From positions 93,188,001 to 93,252,000 of the forward strand of contig OZ076409.1 of assembly GCA_964187785.1 (NCBI GenBank): DNA of 64,000 nucleotides. Reading direction: 5' to 3'. The notes under the pieces were generated by a model. It was given only the letters and a program-made list of their open reading frames with translations, ran no database searches and had not been told where the DNA came from. This DNA is from Amphiscolops sp. MND2022 (lineage: Eukaryota). Below, in pieces: positions 13,988 through 26,833 of this stretch (the first letter of the stretch is position 1; each line of letters opens with the position of its first letter). Position numbers and translations under genes: made by a program.

Positions 13988-14459
13988 CAGAGACATACAA
14001 TCAAAATGAAATTTCTTTTGAATTTCGACAGAAAATTAGGAAACAATTTGAGGGAGTCAGAAAATTATGAATCTTGAAACAAAAAACTTCGTACCGGACT
14101 CATTGAACTGTTTCGAGTTTCAAGTAAAAGATAACGATTCTGAAGGAGTTTGACAGCTTCATTTTCTCGTTGACGCTAACGCCGACGTTTGCGAAATTCA
14201 TTTTGCCAATTAAAATGAAACCGAAAGTAAGCTGAACAATATTTTAAAAAGACGTTTCAATATTTATAAAGGTGGTTGCACGTAAAACGTTTCATTGGAA
14301 ACCCATTTGAGAGCAAATTAATTGCTAAAACAACACCATTTAGAGACGTGTGGGGAAAGGGAAAAAGTTCCTCAAATCTTTTTTGAGTTACAGCCGGAAG
14401 ATACCAAAAATCCTGAACATACATGGGATCGACTTTTAGATTTCTGATTGCAATCAAAA

Positions 14460-14591
14460 TTGAGAGTTGCAAAAATAGCAGAATAACATATCAAAGCAAA
14501 AACTGAACAATCATAAAAGGCCATTTGAGAGTTGCAATCAAAGATAGCAGAATAACAGATCAAAACAAAAACTGAACAATCATAAAAGGCA
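14460..14591 (+). repeat. Two-copy tandem repeat (~65 bp)
   Basis: TTGAGAGTTGCAA...ATAGCAGAATAACA.ATCAAA.CAAAAACTGAACAATCATAAAAGGC occurs twice. Confidence 0.75.
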
Positions 14592-16260
14592 AAGACCTAC
14601 GACAAAAACAAAGATTAGCTGAATGAAAAGTGGAAAGACACAAAGGAACAAAAATAAAATCCGAACAAAATACCAATTACAGCGGAAACAGAAAAAAAAA
14701 CAACACCCAATGGGAACACGAACACGGAAACCAGACTGCATATATTGAAGAAAAAATAATTGGTGCAGTAGTTACATGTGCCGTGCTAAAAACATTATCT
14801 GGAAAAGATATAAAAGATATGAATTTCACAGACTTTCTCAGCTGAAATCTAACAGGCGCTGCAGGTTTGGAAGAAGAAATCGAAAAAGAAGACACAATAA
14901 ACTTCAAAAAACTTCAAACACTTCATATTGACGAAGCACTTGAAGAGGAATCTAGTCAAACGAGCCCAAATGCGCTAAAATTAAGAACCAATCAGATGGA
15001 TAAAGTGTTCAGACTGATAAGAAATTAACGCTAGTTTCGCGCCATCTTATCCCCGCCGAACCGCAAATAACTAGGATTAACTAAATCCTTCGAAGACATG
15101 CTTTTCGAAGAACGATTCTCATCACTCTTGTTTACACGCGTTTGTTCCACACTTGAAGAAACTATGGAGTGATTTTATCACTTACGTTCTGACAGTGCTC
15201 TAAGGGTCAACCTAGGAAGCCAAACAGAAAATGTTGGCTGTCTCATTTGTTTCACTCTGTAGAAAAATGCTATTGCTAACAATTTCTGCCCGAGAAGTTG
15301 CAATCAAATGCTTCTACCGTTGTTGGTGACAGTTTTTTCCCTGTTAGTATTAAGAATGCAGAAGATGGTGGATTGAACTTGAGAACCAAGAAATCGTCAA
15401 GGACCTAACAAACCTCCTTCATTTTTCCATCTTCAAAATGCCCAGTTTTTGTACTCACGTTTGACGTACGTTTCTTTAAAAAACCTTGGAAATCACGAGG
15501 AGGCAATGAATCTCGTGTCAGACATGCAGTTTCATCCGCCAAATATGTTCTCCTTCGTTTTTTTTCAATTTCCTCTATCGTTCATCCATCCAATCCCCAG
15601 TAGGTTTTTGTTTCGAAAGATCTCAGCATGAACAACATGGTTCGATTTTGGTACCTTAAAACGACTTGAAATCGGTGAAAAGAAGACTTTTTCGGTAAAT
15701 ATATTTTTGTTTGTATAAATTCTATACCTTGAATAAAAATAAAATCATCTGCTTTTGAATTTTCAAGCGATGTCACCCTTGCTTTTGGAATCTTAGAGGA
15801 CAGTCATTGAACTCTTCATTCCTAGTTTGAAAATCCCTTCTGTGCTTAATGAAGTGTGCCTCAGCTATTGAAAAGTAATCTCGAAAGCAATTTAATTTTC
15901 TTTTGGCTTAAGTTGGCTTTCAAAGAAATTAACTGTGAAGCTAGTTCATACACCTTTCATCCCAAACAGCATAATTTGGATTGAAATGTTTAGATTTGTG
16001 GGGTCTTAGTGTAATTTTTTACCCACAGACCTCTTTTGAACCGATACAGTAAAACGAAAGATCTCTTGACATTCAACAACCTAGTTTCGAAAAAAAATTA
16101 ATGTATGGCTGCAAAATCAAAAAAAATTCGGAATTGTTTTTTCAGAAGAAGTTATGCTATTCATGAGAATGACTCTGTTTTATTATTTACTATCGAAGTC
16201 AAAAATAAGCCATGACGGGAAATCAACCTGGGAAATCAAGCGATGCGCAAGTAGATAAGT

Positions 16261-17085
16261 TGATGTCAAAAATGTTTTGTTCAATGAAAAAACTCTTCCA
16301 ATAGAAGTGAAATTCTTGTTGTGGAAAAGTATTTCAATTTTTTCGGGCCAGCTTGAAACAATTTTGAAAACTTCCTTCAAAAGTTTTCAATGGGTCTTAA
16401 TAGCAAGGAGCCCAGATAAGTACTTCGAAAACTTTTTGCTTGATTTTATAAACTATTGTCACTCGCGTGTTCGTATTTTCGGCTCTTTTCTGTTCCCCCC
16501 CCACCACCAACTTTTTTTTTGAAAAATTAGTGAAAATCGTATAACAAAAAGACTTGAACACAAACCAGAAAGCTTCAAATTTACATTCATTCTTTATGTA
16601 ACAGTTTAGGATTCAGATACAAATTTTGTTCACACTTTTTCAATATGTAGTCACGCATTTTTGATGAAGTTTGACGCATCAGCTTCCTGTTTTGAGTCAT
16701 CAATAAACACTAAATACGAACATAATTGTAGTCAAAAATCGTGAACAATGTTTTGTTCAAACAAAAAACTATTCCAATAAACGTTAACTTACCATTATGA
16801 AAGAAGGTTGTACTTTTAATTAGGCTAGTCTAAAGTTTTTAAGGAAATTTACTTCCAAAAATTTTGGTGGTGGGGTGGGACAGAAAAGAGCCGTATTTTC
16901 AAGTTTGTTTTCAAAAACTCTATCTAAAAGTTTGATCAACGCTCATTTTCCACGTGTAGCAAAATTATTTCGTATTGGCTTGAAAAAATTGAAATACTTT
17001 TCCATAACAAGAATTTCACTTCTATTGGAAGAGTTTTTCATTTGAACAAAACATTTTTCACTCATTTTGACAGTGATTAGGTTCC
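16261..17085. mobile_element. Foldback/MITE-like element with long TIRs
   Basis: 16268-16344 is a near-perfect inverted copy of 16982-17058; a second internal IR pairs ~16480-16510 with ~16864-16892; the right end reads CACTGTCAAAA on the minus strand. Confidence 0.65.
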
Positions 17086-17513
17086 ACTGAGCTGTTTTTT
17101 TCTGAACTCAAAATTTGAATCGGTTGATTTCTTTTTGAAGAGTGAATTTGAAAAGAGAAATAGAGTGAACAAACCCTAGTTGAGACTGCTGGAACTTTTT
17201 TCATGCTGCAGGCTTGCAAGCAAAGTAATTTCTAAAAAGAAAATCTTGAAAATTCAGGTGGTAAATTTTGTAGAATTACACTGCATATTCATATTCCACT
17301 ACTGCAATTAAAAATTTTTTCCAACTTCATTACCGACATGATCACTTTGCATTCAAATTTGCTTTTCTCAACAACTCATCTGATGTGATCACCGCTTCTC
17401 AAAACGACGCTTAAGATAACGCTAAATTGTATATTTTTACGCGACTGATTTTAAATTGCTTTAAAATGTTTGTAAAATTGATAGCAACTAATTTGCTTTT
17501 AAAATTAGAACTG

Positions 17514-18073
17514 TTTTTAGTCGGCGCTTTTCGAAGAAAAACGCAGACTATAGTAGTGACTTTTTTTAAGACCAACGAACTAACAGATTTTATAAAGAGT
17601 TATAAATAGCTGAGCTGACTTACAGTAACTGCACTACCAGTAACCGCAACGCTAGCTATCACTGCTGGCACTTGGCATAGAGGTTAATTAAGCTTTTTGA
17701 GGTCTGCCAAGCAGAAGGACGTGGGTTCGAGTCCCGTCCTTGATCAAATTTTTTTGTGCAGGTTTTTTTCGGCTTTGTGAGACTTTTTTTCGCAAATTTT
17801 TTTAATGTCTCCAAAGGGTCCACCCTTCATTTTTTTTCTATTTTGCATAAGAATGGATGTTCAAAACCTCCCAAAGGGCCCCTTTTACAATTTTTTGGCA
17901 CTATGCGACTTACCGGAGACCAAAAAATTTCGCAAAAAATTCAAAAAAATTCGGATTTTTTTTAAATTTTTCCTCACGCGGGTACTGTAGAAGAGAATAC
18001 TTGACACTTTGAAGTCCTTTTGCTATTTTTGAGCCTTAGATATGGCGCCGACTTGGGCCGTTCCCGGCTTGTT
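17514..18073 (+). mobile_element. Helentron/HINE-like repeat carrying a tRNA-derived A/B-box segment
   Basis: Both family termini present. A-box TGGCATAGAGG 17673-17683 and B-box GGTTCGAGTCC 17724-17734. Confidence 0.7.
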
Positions 18074-21000
18074 ATGTTTAAACCTGTAAATTTTTGCCTC
18101 CAAATTTTTTATGAATTTTTCAAACAGCTTCATGAAAGTCGCATACATTAGGGAAATATTTTCGTATAAAAGTTTACGGGAGAAACTTAGTAAGTCAAAG
18201 TAAAATATGCTGGTAACATTAAAATGCATGCCAAAAGTTCATTCAATTTCAACAAGGGAAGTTCATATCTGGATCCTGAACTTTGAGCCTGAAAATAAAT
18301 TTAAATTATTTTGGTTTGGTTTTCAACAATTTGTTCTAATACGGGCCCCAATTTTCAAAAATAAATTGGCGGAGTCCGTTCAAAAAAGAACCCTTCCATA
18401 TGCTCAAAGGGAGTCGGAAAACTTAGACCAGGACTGCTATATTACTATGCGTTCAATTTAGCTTTTCAAAAAGAGCATTTTAGGATTATTTGATTGAAGT
18501 ATGGTTAGTCACAGTGAATGAATGAATGGACGGTTTTTGTGTATGCTTATAAAGGAAGTAACTTGTCTTGGAATTACAGGCTAGAAGACCATGCGGGAAG
18601 CTTTCTGTTCCGGCAATTGGCAGAACGTGATTAGCTGTCAGTCGATGACTGAATTACAGTGAATGTTCCGATGATTCGAAAGCTATCAAATTAATGTCAG
18701 ACGCTGACCATGAAAAAAAATCCCATCGCTTTAATGAAGCCGTAGATTCTGCATCTGAAAACCTGCCTATGTTGCAAAAGTCGATACAATTCTGAAATCG
18801 CTCGTACATTTGAAATTTGGAACTTGTGTATCTGTTTTGCAGGAGTATGAGACGACAAAGCAATAGGGGGCGAAAGAAAGATGTTTCATGTAGAGCAGAA
18901 TTACGTTTGAGTTAAAACGAGTTAAATCCAGGAGACTTTTATTGTACCCACAGTGAACATTGAAACATTGGATTGGATTTCATTGAATTATATGTTGCAT
19001 TGAGAATAGTTTCAATCATGTATATATGCAATCCAAGGTGGACTGAGCAACAGTGTCCTTCAAGTTTGCGCCCATTTGATCAATCACAACTCAATCCAGT
19101 ATTAATGTAATGCTAAAAAACATCGCCATCAAATCTATTTTGTCCATGATATAGACTGATAGAATGTCCTGATGTTTATATCAATTTGTTTTTTGGTTGA
19201 AGCTCCTAAGAGCTCCGGAATCAAATCAAAGTCCAGCATTTGTCGGGTATTCCGGTGTTTTTGTTTTGGCGATTTCATCCATCACTTGAATAACGACCAT
19301 GTTCAATCAGCAACTTGTGCGCCACCCGTGTTGGAACTGCTTGAAGTTTTTGCATGTACTTTAATGTTGCCAGCAACATTTACTATTATTTTCAAAAACT
19401 CTTACGGAAACTCTCGTTCGAAAATTTTTCTCTGTTGTCATTGACTTTTATTGTGCTGCTTGAAAGATTCATCAAACTTTTGGTGACAATTTTAAGCCTT
19501 GAAATTTTGCAGGTTTCATTTAGCTTCAGTTCTAATTTTACAAGCAAATTAGTTGATATCAGTTTTACCGCTATTTTAATGCAAAATAACCTTAAACTTA
19601 AAATAATTTGTAACTAAACGTCTTGTTTAGCGTCCTATTTGAGAAGCGGCGACCACATCAGATGAATAGTTAGGAAAACAAATTGTGGATTGAACGTGAT
19701 CGTGTCGGTTGAAAAGTGGTATTCATTTCAGTACAGGAAAATGTAGTGTAATTCTACAAAATTTACCACCAGAAGTCTAAAATTACCCTACATACAGGCA
19801 GCATGTAAAAAGTTCCTGCAGTCTAAACTAATACACTTTTGATACAAATTCAGCGCATTCATGATAAGCGAGGGTTAAATCTGGTTCAAATCTTGGGATC
19901 TTTTCTTTTAAGTCCCAAGACAAGTCCCTTCCACTCAGTCAGCGCAAAAATGTACCCCCCATTTAAGCGATGAGTTTCAGTTGTAGTTAGAGTAATAACA
20001 TACTGCAATTTGATTGGCTGCGACTATTAATTCAATAACAAGACGCCCGCTAAGCACCGGGATGTTTTTTGCTAAAAATGTAAGGCATCAGCACAGGTGA
20101 ATATATTCATTTAGAATAGATAAACTATAGATTTAAGATACAGATTTAAGATATAGATAAACTATAGAATAGAAAACTGTAGATTCCGGTAGATATTTTT
20201 CCAACAAGAAGTGTCTGGAACCTGTCCAGAAAAAAATGAAACTTTTTTGTACTTTCCAATCTTTCCATAAGCACCTCCTCTGAGATTTTGCTATACTTTT
20301 TCTTGACGCCTATCTCAATTAGGATGAGTATTGGTATGAAATCATCGCAATAGGGTTGGAGTGCATTGTCATTGTTTCTTTCTCTGAGTAAATTGTGAAA
20401 AAATCCATGCAGAAGAATTTGACCAATTTCACTAGAACCAATTATTTCGGTCTGATGATTCAAAAACAAAAGTTTCATAAACAAAGTAAGGAAAATTGTC
20501 ATTTTCCTTTCAACTATTTCCGTAGAGAAAACAAAAGTCTCTGATATTCGAGAAAATATAATTTGCAAGTACTTCGAATCCTTTTGAATTCTCTGAGGAT
20601 GAACAAAGTCACGAAACCTTGCGAAAGTTGTACCACCATTGCAAAAAGTGGTCAAAAAAGAAATTGGATCACATTTTCATTTTTTAATTTCAATTTGAGA
20701 GGGTACCAAAACAATGCACAAAGTTGCATTACAATGATTTGGAGTCTGCGAGCCCGCGATCAATAAGTGAGTGAGAATTAGGAGTAAGATAAGAGAGGAG
20801 TTTGGTGATGAAGTTTCTATTCCATACAGTAAAGCAATAATAAGGTTAAGTGACTAGGTCAGCACATGGTTTTAAATAGAAGTACTATTGACTGGTACTA
20901 AAGTGTCAGTACAACTATTTTGAAATGACGTCATGTCACAATGAGTAAGGCGATATACCATCGGTTTAGGGTGTCGCTGTACTGTTTCATCCTAAGCACA

Positions 21001-24000
21001 CCAAGCAACCTTGATATCTTCAGATGAGCATTTAATGTTTCTTAGTGGATATTTGTACTGAAATTCCACCAATCACATCATTGGACATCAATGTACACAT
21101 CAAAGCTTACCAAAGCTTTTGAAATTCAAGACACCGGAAATGGGGTGCTATTTAGGATCGTTGTTTGTGTTTTTAACATGATTTTGGCGGACTTTTCACA
21201 CTTAAGTATCGATTTATTTATCCTTATGTAAAAATCCTGATTTTTTTCGGCCCTGTAAGTGTTAAAACACTGATGAGTATTCTAAATGGGAATCATCGGG
21301 AATTCAAATTTGATAAAATTCTTAGAAAAAAATAAGTCGAGGAAATTTTTTTGACAAAAACTGGATATTTTTTTTCAAAAATTTTCATTACATTTTTACA
21401 TTAGCTTTTTTAGTATGCTCAAAGATGGTTTCCACGAAAATGAAAGACATTTTGTCAGGACCTGAAAAACAAACGAGACTATTATGTCGCAATCAGTTTT
21501 GTAATTTAGACAAAAATGTGGAATAATCAAAAGGAGACACTTTGATACCCTTGATACACGCTTTGGAAATAAGTTTGTGAAGAAAGTGACAGTGGCAGGC
21601 TAAAAATTAAGAAGATTGGTCCAAGGAATGAAATTCAAAAAAATTCGTACATGCTATGAATGAGATGTTCTCGACCTATAATTATCCTAATTTTTCGAAA
21701 ATCAAAAGGTGTCACTATCTGGTGATTTTGTTCAAAGATTGCAATGTTAACATCTCCTCTGTGAACAAACGTTTATGACCTTTTCTGTTCAATTGCTTTT
21801 TAGTTTTTATTTGACTCTTTTTGTCTGTTCTTGAAGTTGTTTATCTAGAGTGCAAAATTGAAGTAGACCAATAATCTTGCTCATAAAAACTTTCATAAAG
21901 GAACGCGATCTGAAGCGAGAATAACACCCAAAGGAGCTATTTGGTCTAATTATCGGAGAGAAATCCCACTTTTATGGGCCAAAGGAAGCTGCAGTCAATA
22001 AAAATCCCATAAAACGGCTCATCTGTAGTTTTACCCATCAAAGAAATTGTTTTCAAATATCACTTTTTCAGATGATTCAATCAAAGGGGTAACTTTCCAG
22101 ACTTGCGAACTCTACACTCGAATTCTTTCCAAGCTCTCGTATTTTGTCTTATACGATTTACGTGTTAAAAGTACTTGCCGAAAAATTGTAGGTAGAGGGG
22201 TCAAAATTGAAAAAAAAACGGAAAAAGCCCTAAATTTTGCTCAAAATCAGCAAATCAAGAAAATTCATGCCAAACTAGATGACACTCTAGGAACTCTTAT
22301 CTCTGATACTTTTCAAAGTTTTCAAACGGTTTCGAAGAATTGTCCAGAAATCGTTCGGGTGACTTAATCACAATAATGTGTTAATGACTTTCAAACCAAT
22401 ATTATATTGATCTAAAGTTAAACCAATAAGAAAACAGGCGCGACGGCATGTCAGTAATTTTTTTTCTTACTTTATTTGCTCGAAAAAATCCAAGAAAAAA
22501 TTTCGACGTCTTTTTTGGCATAATACAAGCCTACAAAAGCCTCGCAAAATTACTGAAACCATGAACTCCATATTTGGTCTCGGTCATGAGATATAGGAGC
22601 TCAAGTAAAAAAGAACCGAAAGACTTTTTTTAGAAAAATTACAAGTATTTTTGGCAGAAAAACGAAGGCGTCATACTTGATGGCGGAAACTTTGTTGGTC
22701 CAAAAACAGCCTACACCCATGCTGTTTTTCCCGAAAGAAAATGGTTTCTGTATCTTTTATCAGTTTTGAGAAGTATGAGCTAAAAGTGAGAAAAAAATTT
22801 TCGACATTTTTTTCATCTCCTTTTCGCCCAAAAATGCCAAGTATGAAAAAAAAATGGTGTCAGTTTTCGGCTAAAATGTAGCCCAAGAAACGCTTGTACA
22901 TTTTACGAAACCATGGACTCTGTATTCAGTCTCAGTTCTGAGATATATGGGATGAAATATGAAAAGTCAAACTTTGCGTTTTTTCGAAAATTCTTTTCAA
23001 AAAAACCATTAGAATTTTTTTTCGAATTTTGTTTCCCTCGAAAATGTAGCCAAGGATCTTGCGCAAGATTTAGCGAGAAAATGGTGTCCGAATTTGTTGT
23101 GGGTTTTGAGTAATTTGCCTCACAAGTTTGAAAAAATGGCACATGTCACGAAGTCTGCGAAAAAAAGAACATAGGCGCGACGGCATGTCGCGCTTGGGCT
23201 CAAGCAGAAACGTTCAATGGCCCGAAGAAGGTGCTACAAAACGAGTAAATCCCAGGGCCCAAAACCTAGTGAACATACCTAGTTCCAGATCAAGAAATTT
23301 TGATGAAGAACTAAAAAGTTGAATTTTTTTGAGAAAGTGTATTTTTGGCAGACATCTGAAGTTGTCATAGTTTATGACGGAAACTTGATTGTACAAAAAG
23401 TAGCCCACATCCTTGCCTCCTCACTCTGTGAGGGAGAATGGTTTTTGTTTGTTTTTTTTTCGGTTCTGAGAAAAATCAGCTACATTTTGGAAAAAATGGA
23501 AAAAATTCAGAAAAGTTTTTCCATTACTTTATTTGCTCAAAAGAGTCCAGAGCGAAAAAAGGCACATCATACGAAATCTGCGACAAAAAAACGTCACCTT
23601 ATGGGCACCTCGCAAAACTGGAGCCCCAAAAACCATTAAAACTTCAGTAAAAAGTAGTGTACAAGCATTAATAGAGAAGATCCTTATTTTCTTTCCACTC
23701 ATGAAAGTATTTCTGCGACGTATACGTTAATACTCTAACGTCCAGCAAAAGACGTCACAAAAATTCGATGAAAGGGGCAATAGCAAAATTTCTAAATCAA
23801 GATGGCCGACCTGACAGGTACTGGAAATTGAAAAGGATGTTGGAAATAGTGCAAAAGAACCCCCCACCCAGCCCGAGAGAGAACACACCGCCACAGAAGT
23901 ATCCCCGAAATCGCGTGTTGTGCCATCTTCCTCGGAAGACGTCCCAGCTGCCAGCAGAACCCGAAGAATGGCCCAAGAGATGAAGAAACTCAGAAGTTTG

Positions 24001-24465
24001 CATATTTTGCATGTGCCTCCTAGTAGGTCCAAGACCAAGGCTCGCTGACACTGACGCCTGATGTTTCTTTAGCCTGTTGTACCATATTTGTGGTTTTTGT
24101 AAATGTTTGGCGATGTTTTACCCCTCATTTCATCCAGTGTAGACGTTATTCGCTAATTAAATGTACTTTGACTAAACTCCTGTTTTTGGACCTCGGAGTT
24201 ATGTAGGAACACGCAGGAGCATTAAGAATTGTTTTTACAGGCTTGTGGGACGTGTCCGGACTTTGAGAGCGCCGGCACGTCGCCTCGGAGTTCTAATAGA
24301 GGAGACTCCTTAGACGTATAGGAAAAGTCCCTTTTAGGAGACCATTTTGGGAATAAGAACTGATGCCTAGGGCTGTAGTAAGACAACGGTCTCCTGTTTA
24401 AGCACCCTAGGCATTGTCCTTTTTCTATGATGTACTCTGCTAGGTGGCTGAAATTACATACAGTG

Positions 24466-25001
24466 TTTTTAGTCGGCGCATTTTAGAAGAAAATGTGCCC
24501 GACTCTTACTGTGGGTAGTATTTTAGACGCGTAAGGTCCACTTTTTTGTTCATTTGTTCAACAACGTCAAACCTCAACAACTTCAAACCTCTTCAACTCC
24601 AACCTCAGAAGCGCGTCCAAAACGAAAGAAAAAACAAAACAGACGTCCAGAACCTCGAAATCACACTAAGGATCCCCCATAGCCCCACTTTTTTTCGGCC
24701 CTGTGAGACTTTTTTTTGCAATTTTTTGGATTGCACCAAAGGGTCCCCTCTTCATTTGTTTCGATAATTTGCAACACAATGGATGTCAAAAAATCCCAAA
24801 GGGTCCCCCTTTCACTTTTTACGGCACTGTGACACTGTTCAAAAATCTCATTTTAAAAAATTTTTTGGGAAATTTTTTCAAGTCCCCAAAGGGTCCCCCT
24901 TCAACTTTTTTCATTTTTTGCAATTTTACAATTTTGCTCTCCCCTTTTACAATTTTGAGCCTTAGAAATGGCGCCGACTTTGGCCGTTCTCGGGTTGTTT
25001 T
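24466..25001 (+). mobile_element. Helentron/HINE-like repeat
   Basis: Both family termini; internal AAAGGGTCCCCCTT repeats. Confidence 0.68.
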
Positions 25002-25055
25002 CTAGAAGCTTCAGTCATTGGTTCATTTGAATCGACAAGAACAGAAAACGGGATA

Positions 25056-25721
25056 TTTTTAGTCGGCGCTTCATGAAGTGAAACGCGACTATTATAGTGA
25101 CTTTTCTTTTTTTTTTTTTCAATCCACACGAACTGACTAAAATAGTTCTTAAAAGTTCTACAAAATATTATGGTGTCAAATTGCACCATTTGGCCTAGCG
25201 AACTGGACCAAAATGGTTTTACCTGTTTTTCCGCGTAACATACCATACCGGGAGAGACCAAAGAGTCCCCCTTTCAATTTTTTTCGGCACTGCGAGACAT
25301 TTTTTTTCGGAATTTTTTTTTCGAAAAATTTTTTTCCTCAAAATGTCCCCCCTGCATTTTTTTGATGTTTTGCGACAGAATGGATGTTGGAAAATCCCAA
25401 AGGGTTCCTCCTTTCATTTTTTTTCGGCATTGTGAGATTTTTTCCCGAAAATAAAAAAAAATTTTTTCTTAAATTTTTTCATGCTTTGCGACAGAATGGA
25501 TGTTGAAAAACCTCAAAGGGTCCCCCTTTCAGTTTTTCGGCATTGTGAGACGTTAGCGCGCCACTCGGTCCAATTTTTTTAGTATGTAATTTTTTCAAAA
25601 AAAAATTTTCGAAAAATTTTCGATTTTCGACTTCTGTAAAAGAATACTTGACACTTGGAAGTCTTTTTGCTATTTTTGAGCCTTGGATATGGCGCCGACT
25701 TGGGCCGGTCCCGGCTTGTTT
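25056..25721 (+). mobile_element. Helentron/HINE-like repeat
   Basis: Both family termini; internal tandem repeats of the GCGACAGAATGGATGTTG...AAAGGGTCCCCCTTT unit. Confidence 0.7.
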
Positions 25722-26214
25722 ATCACCAAAGATAAGAAACTGACTTCAAGATTAGAAAACAAAATTTAGAAAGATGAAATTAGAATTTACATTATTATTT
25801 TTCATAAAACTTGTTTGGTATACGTACTATGTTTCAAGCTTTGAACTTTTTCGGTTCGAAACCAAATTTAGAGTAACTTCGAAGTTTGTTTTCCAACTAT
25901 CAACAATAAATGACTTTTTGAAATTAGACTTTTTAGACCTTTGAGTTTATAGTCATTGTTTTTTTTATAATTTGGTGAAATAGGTTAAAAGTGACAATTA
26001 GAAGCAGTTTTTATGCCTCAAAGATACAATTTCTGAATTCGTTTTTTTGTTTTCTATCTCAAAGCAAAGAAGTCTGAAAACGTCAATCGAACGTCAAGCT
26101 TTGTTTTTGGTACTTTGATTTCGTTGCCTCCCTGCAATGGCCCCAAAAAAACAAGTTTATCCCTTCGCAATTTTAGAAAAGTCCCAGAAATGAAGCTATA
26201 AAAGTGAACCCTTA

Positions 26215-26453
26215 AGTAGTAGTGGAAATCCCGATACTGGCCAACAAAACGCCAAAAATTAAAAGTCCTCAAAACCATTGATTTTGAGGACTTTTTAGAA
26301 GACAAATCATCAAAACCAGTGTTTTGCCATGAAGCAAAATTCACTAACCTCTAAAGTTTAATGTCAACGTTGCAACCAGCGTTCAATGTGTAATAATAAA
26401 ATTTTGCTGTATAACCAACGTTGCTGTACAGCCAGCGTTAATGTACAACCAAC
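26215..26453 (+). repeat. Left TIR of the Maverick, running into subterminal tandem repeats (to ~26515)
   Basis: Inverted copy of ~43150-43349; inner part built from AACGTTGCTGTACAGCCAGCGTTAATGTACAACC units. Confidence 0.92.
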
Positions 26454-26559
26454 GTTGCTGTACAGCCAGCGTTAATGTGCAGCCAACGTTAATGTACAAC
26501 CAGCGTTATTGTACCGGCGCATACGTTATTCTTATATAACTCCAACTAACATTGATTCG

Positions 26560-26805
26560 TCTCCCATAGCTTAGTGGTTATAGCATTGACTAAAGTTAAG
26601 GCTTCAGCCGGAGTGTTTGGGGTTCACTTCTATCCAACGTCCCCCAGTCTTTGTTACAACTTACATGCTATGGGAGAATAATCACCAATGGCACAGTTCT
26701 TAAAAAGGATAATCCCTGCTGTGGAAACTCTTAGTGGAACGGACTCCCGATGGGCTTTGAGTTTACCATAGGCATGTCAATACCAATGGCATGCCTATGG
26801 GTTTT
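26560..26805 (+). ncRNA. Candidate Pol III tRNA-like/VA-like structured RNA
   Basis: TATA-like sequence ~26533 and A-box/D-arm TAGCTTAGTGGTTATAGCA at +8. TCTCCCATAGC pairs with GCTATGGGAGA (26667-26677). A 14-bp terminal hairpin (26766-26800) is followed by the first T4 run. No canonical B-box. Confidence 0.45.
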
Positions 26806-26833
26806 GTATTTTTCAACTTTTTCATCTTAATAA

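Noticed and set aside
17666..17745. Functional tRNA gene
   Set aside because: The anticodon loop is collapsed, there is no acceptor stem, and a T5 run (17694-17698) lies between the A and B boxes.
18600..20770. Possible decayed coding fragments including ORF 20146-20655
   Set aside because: No diagnostic motif identified by eye; a translated homology search would be needed.
26054..26344. 96-aa ORF and its mirror 43220-43483
   Set aside because: Both span the TIR and copied flank, lack an ATG start, and match only because of the inverted duplication.
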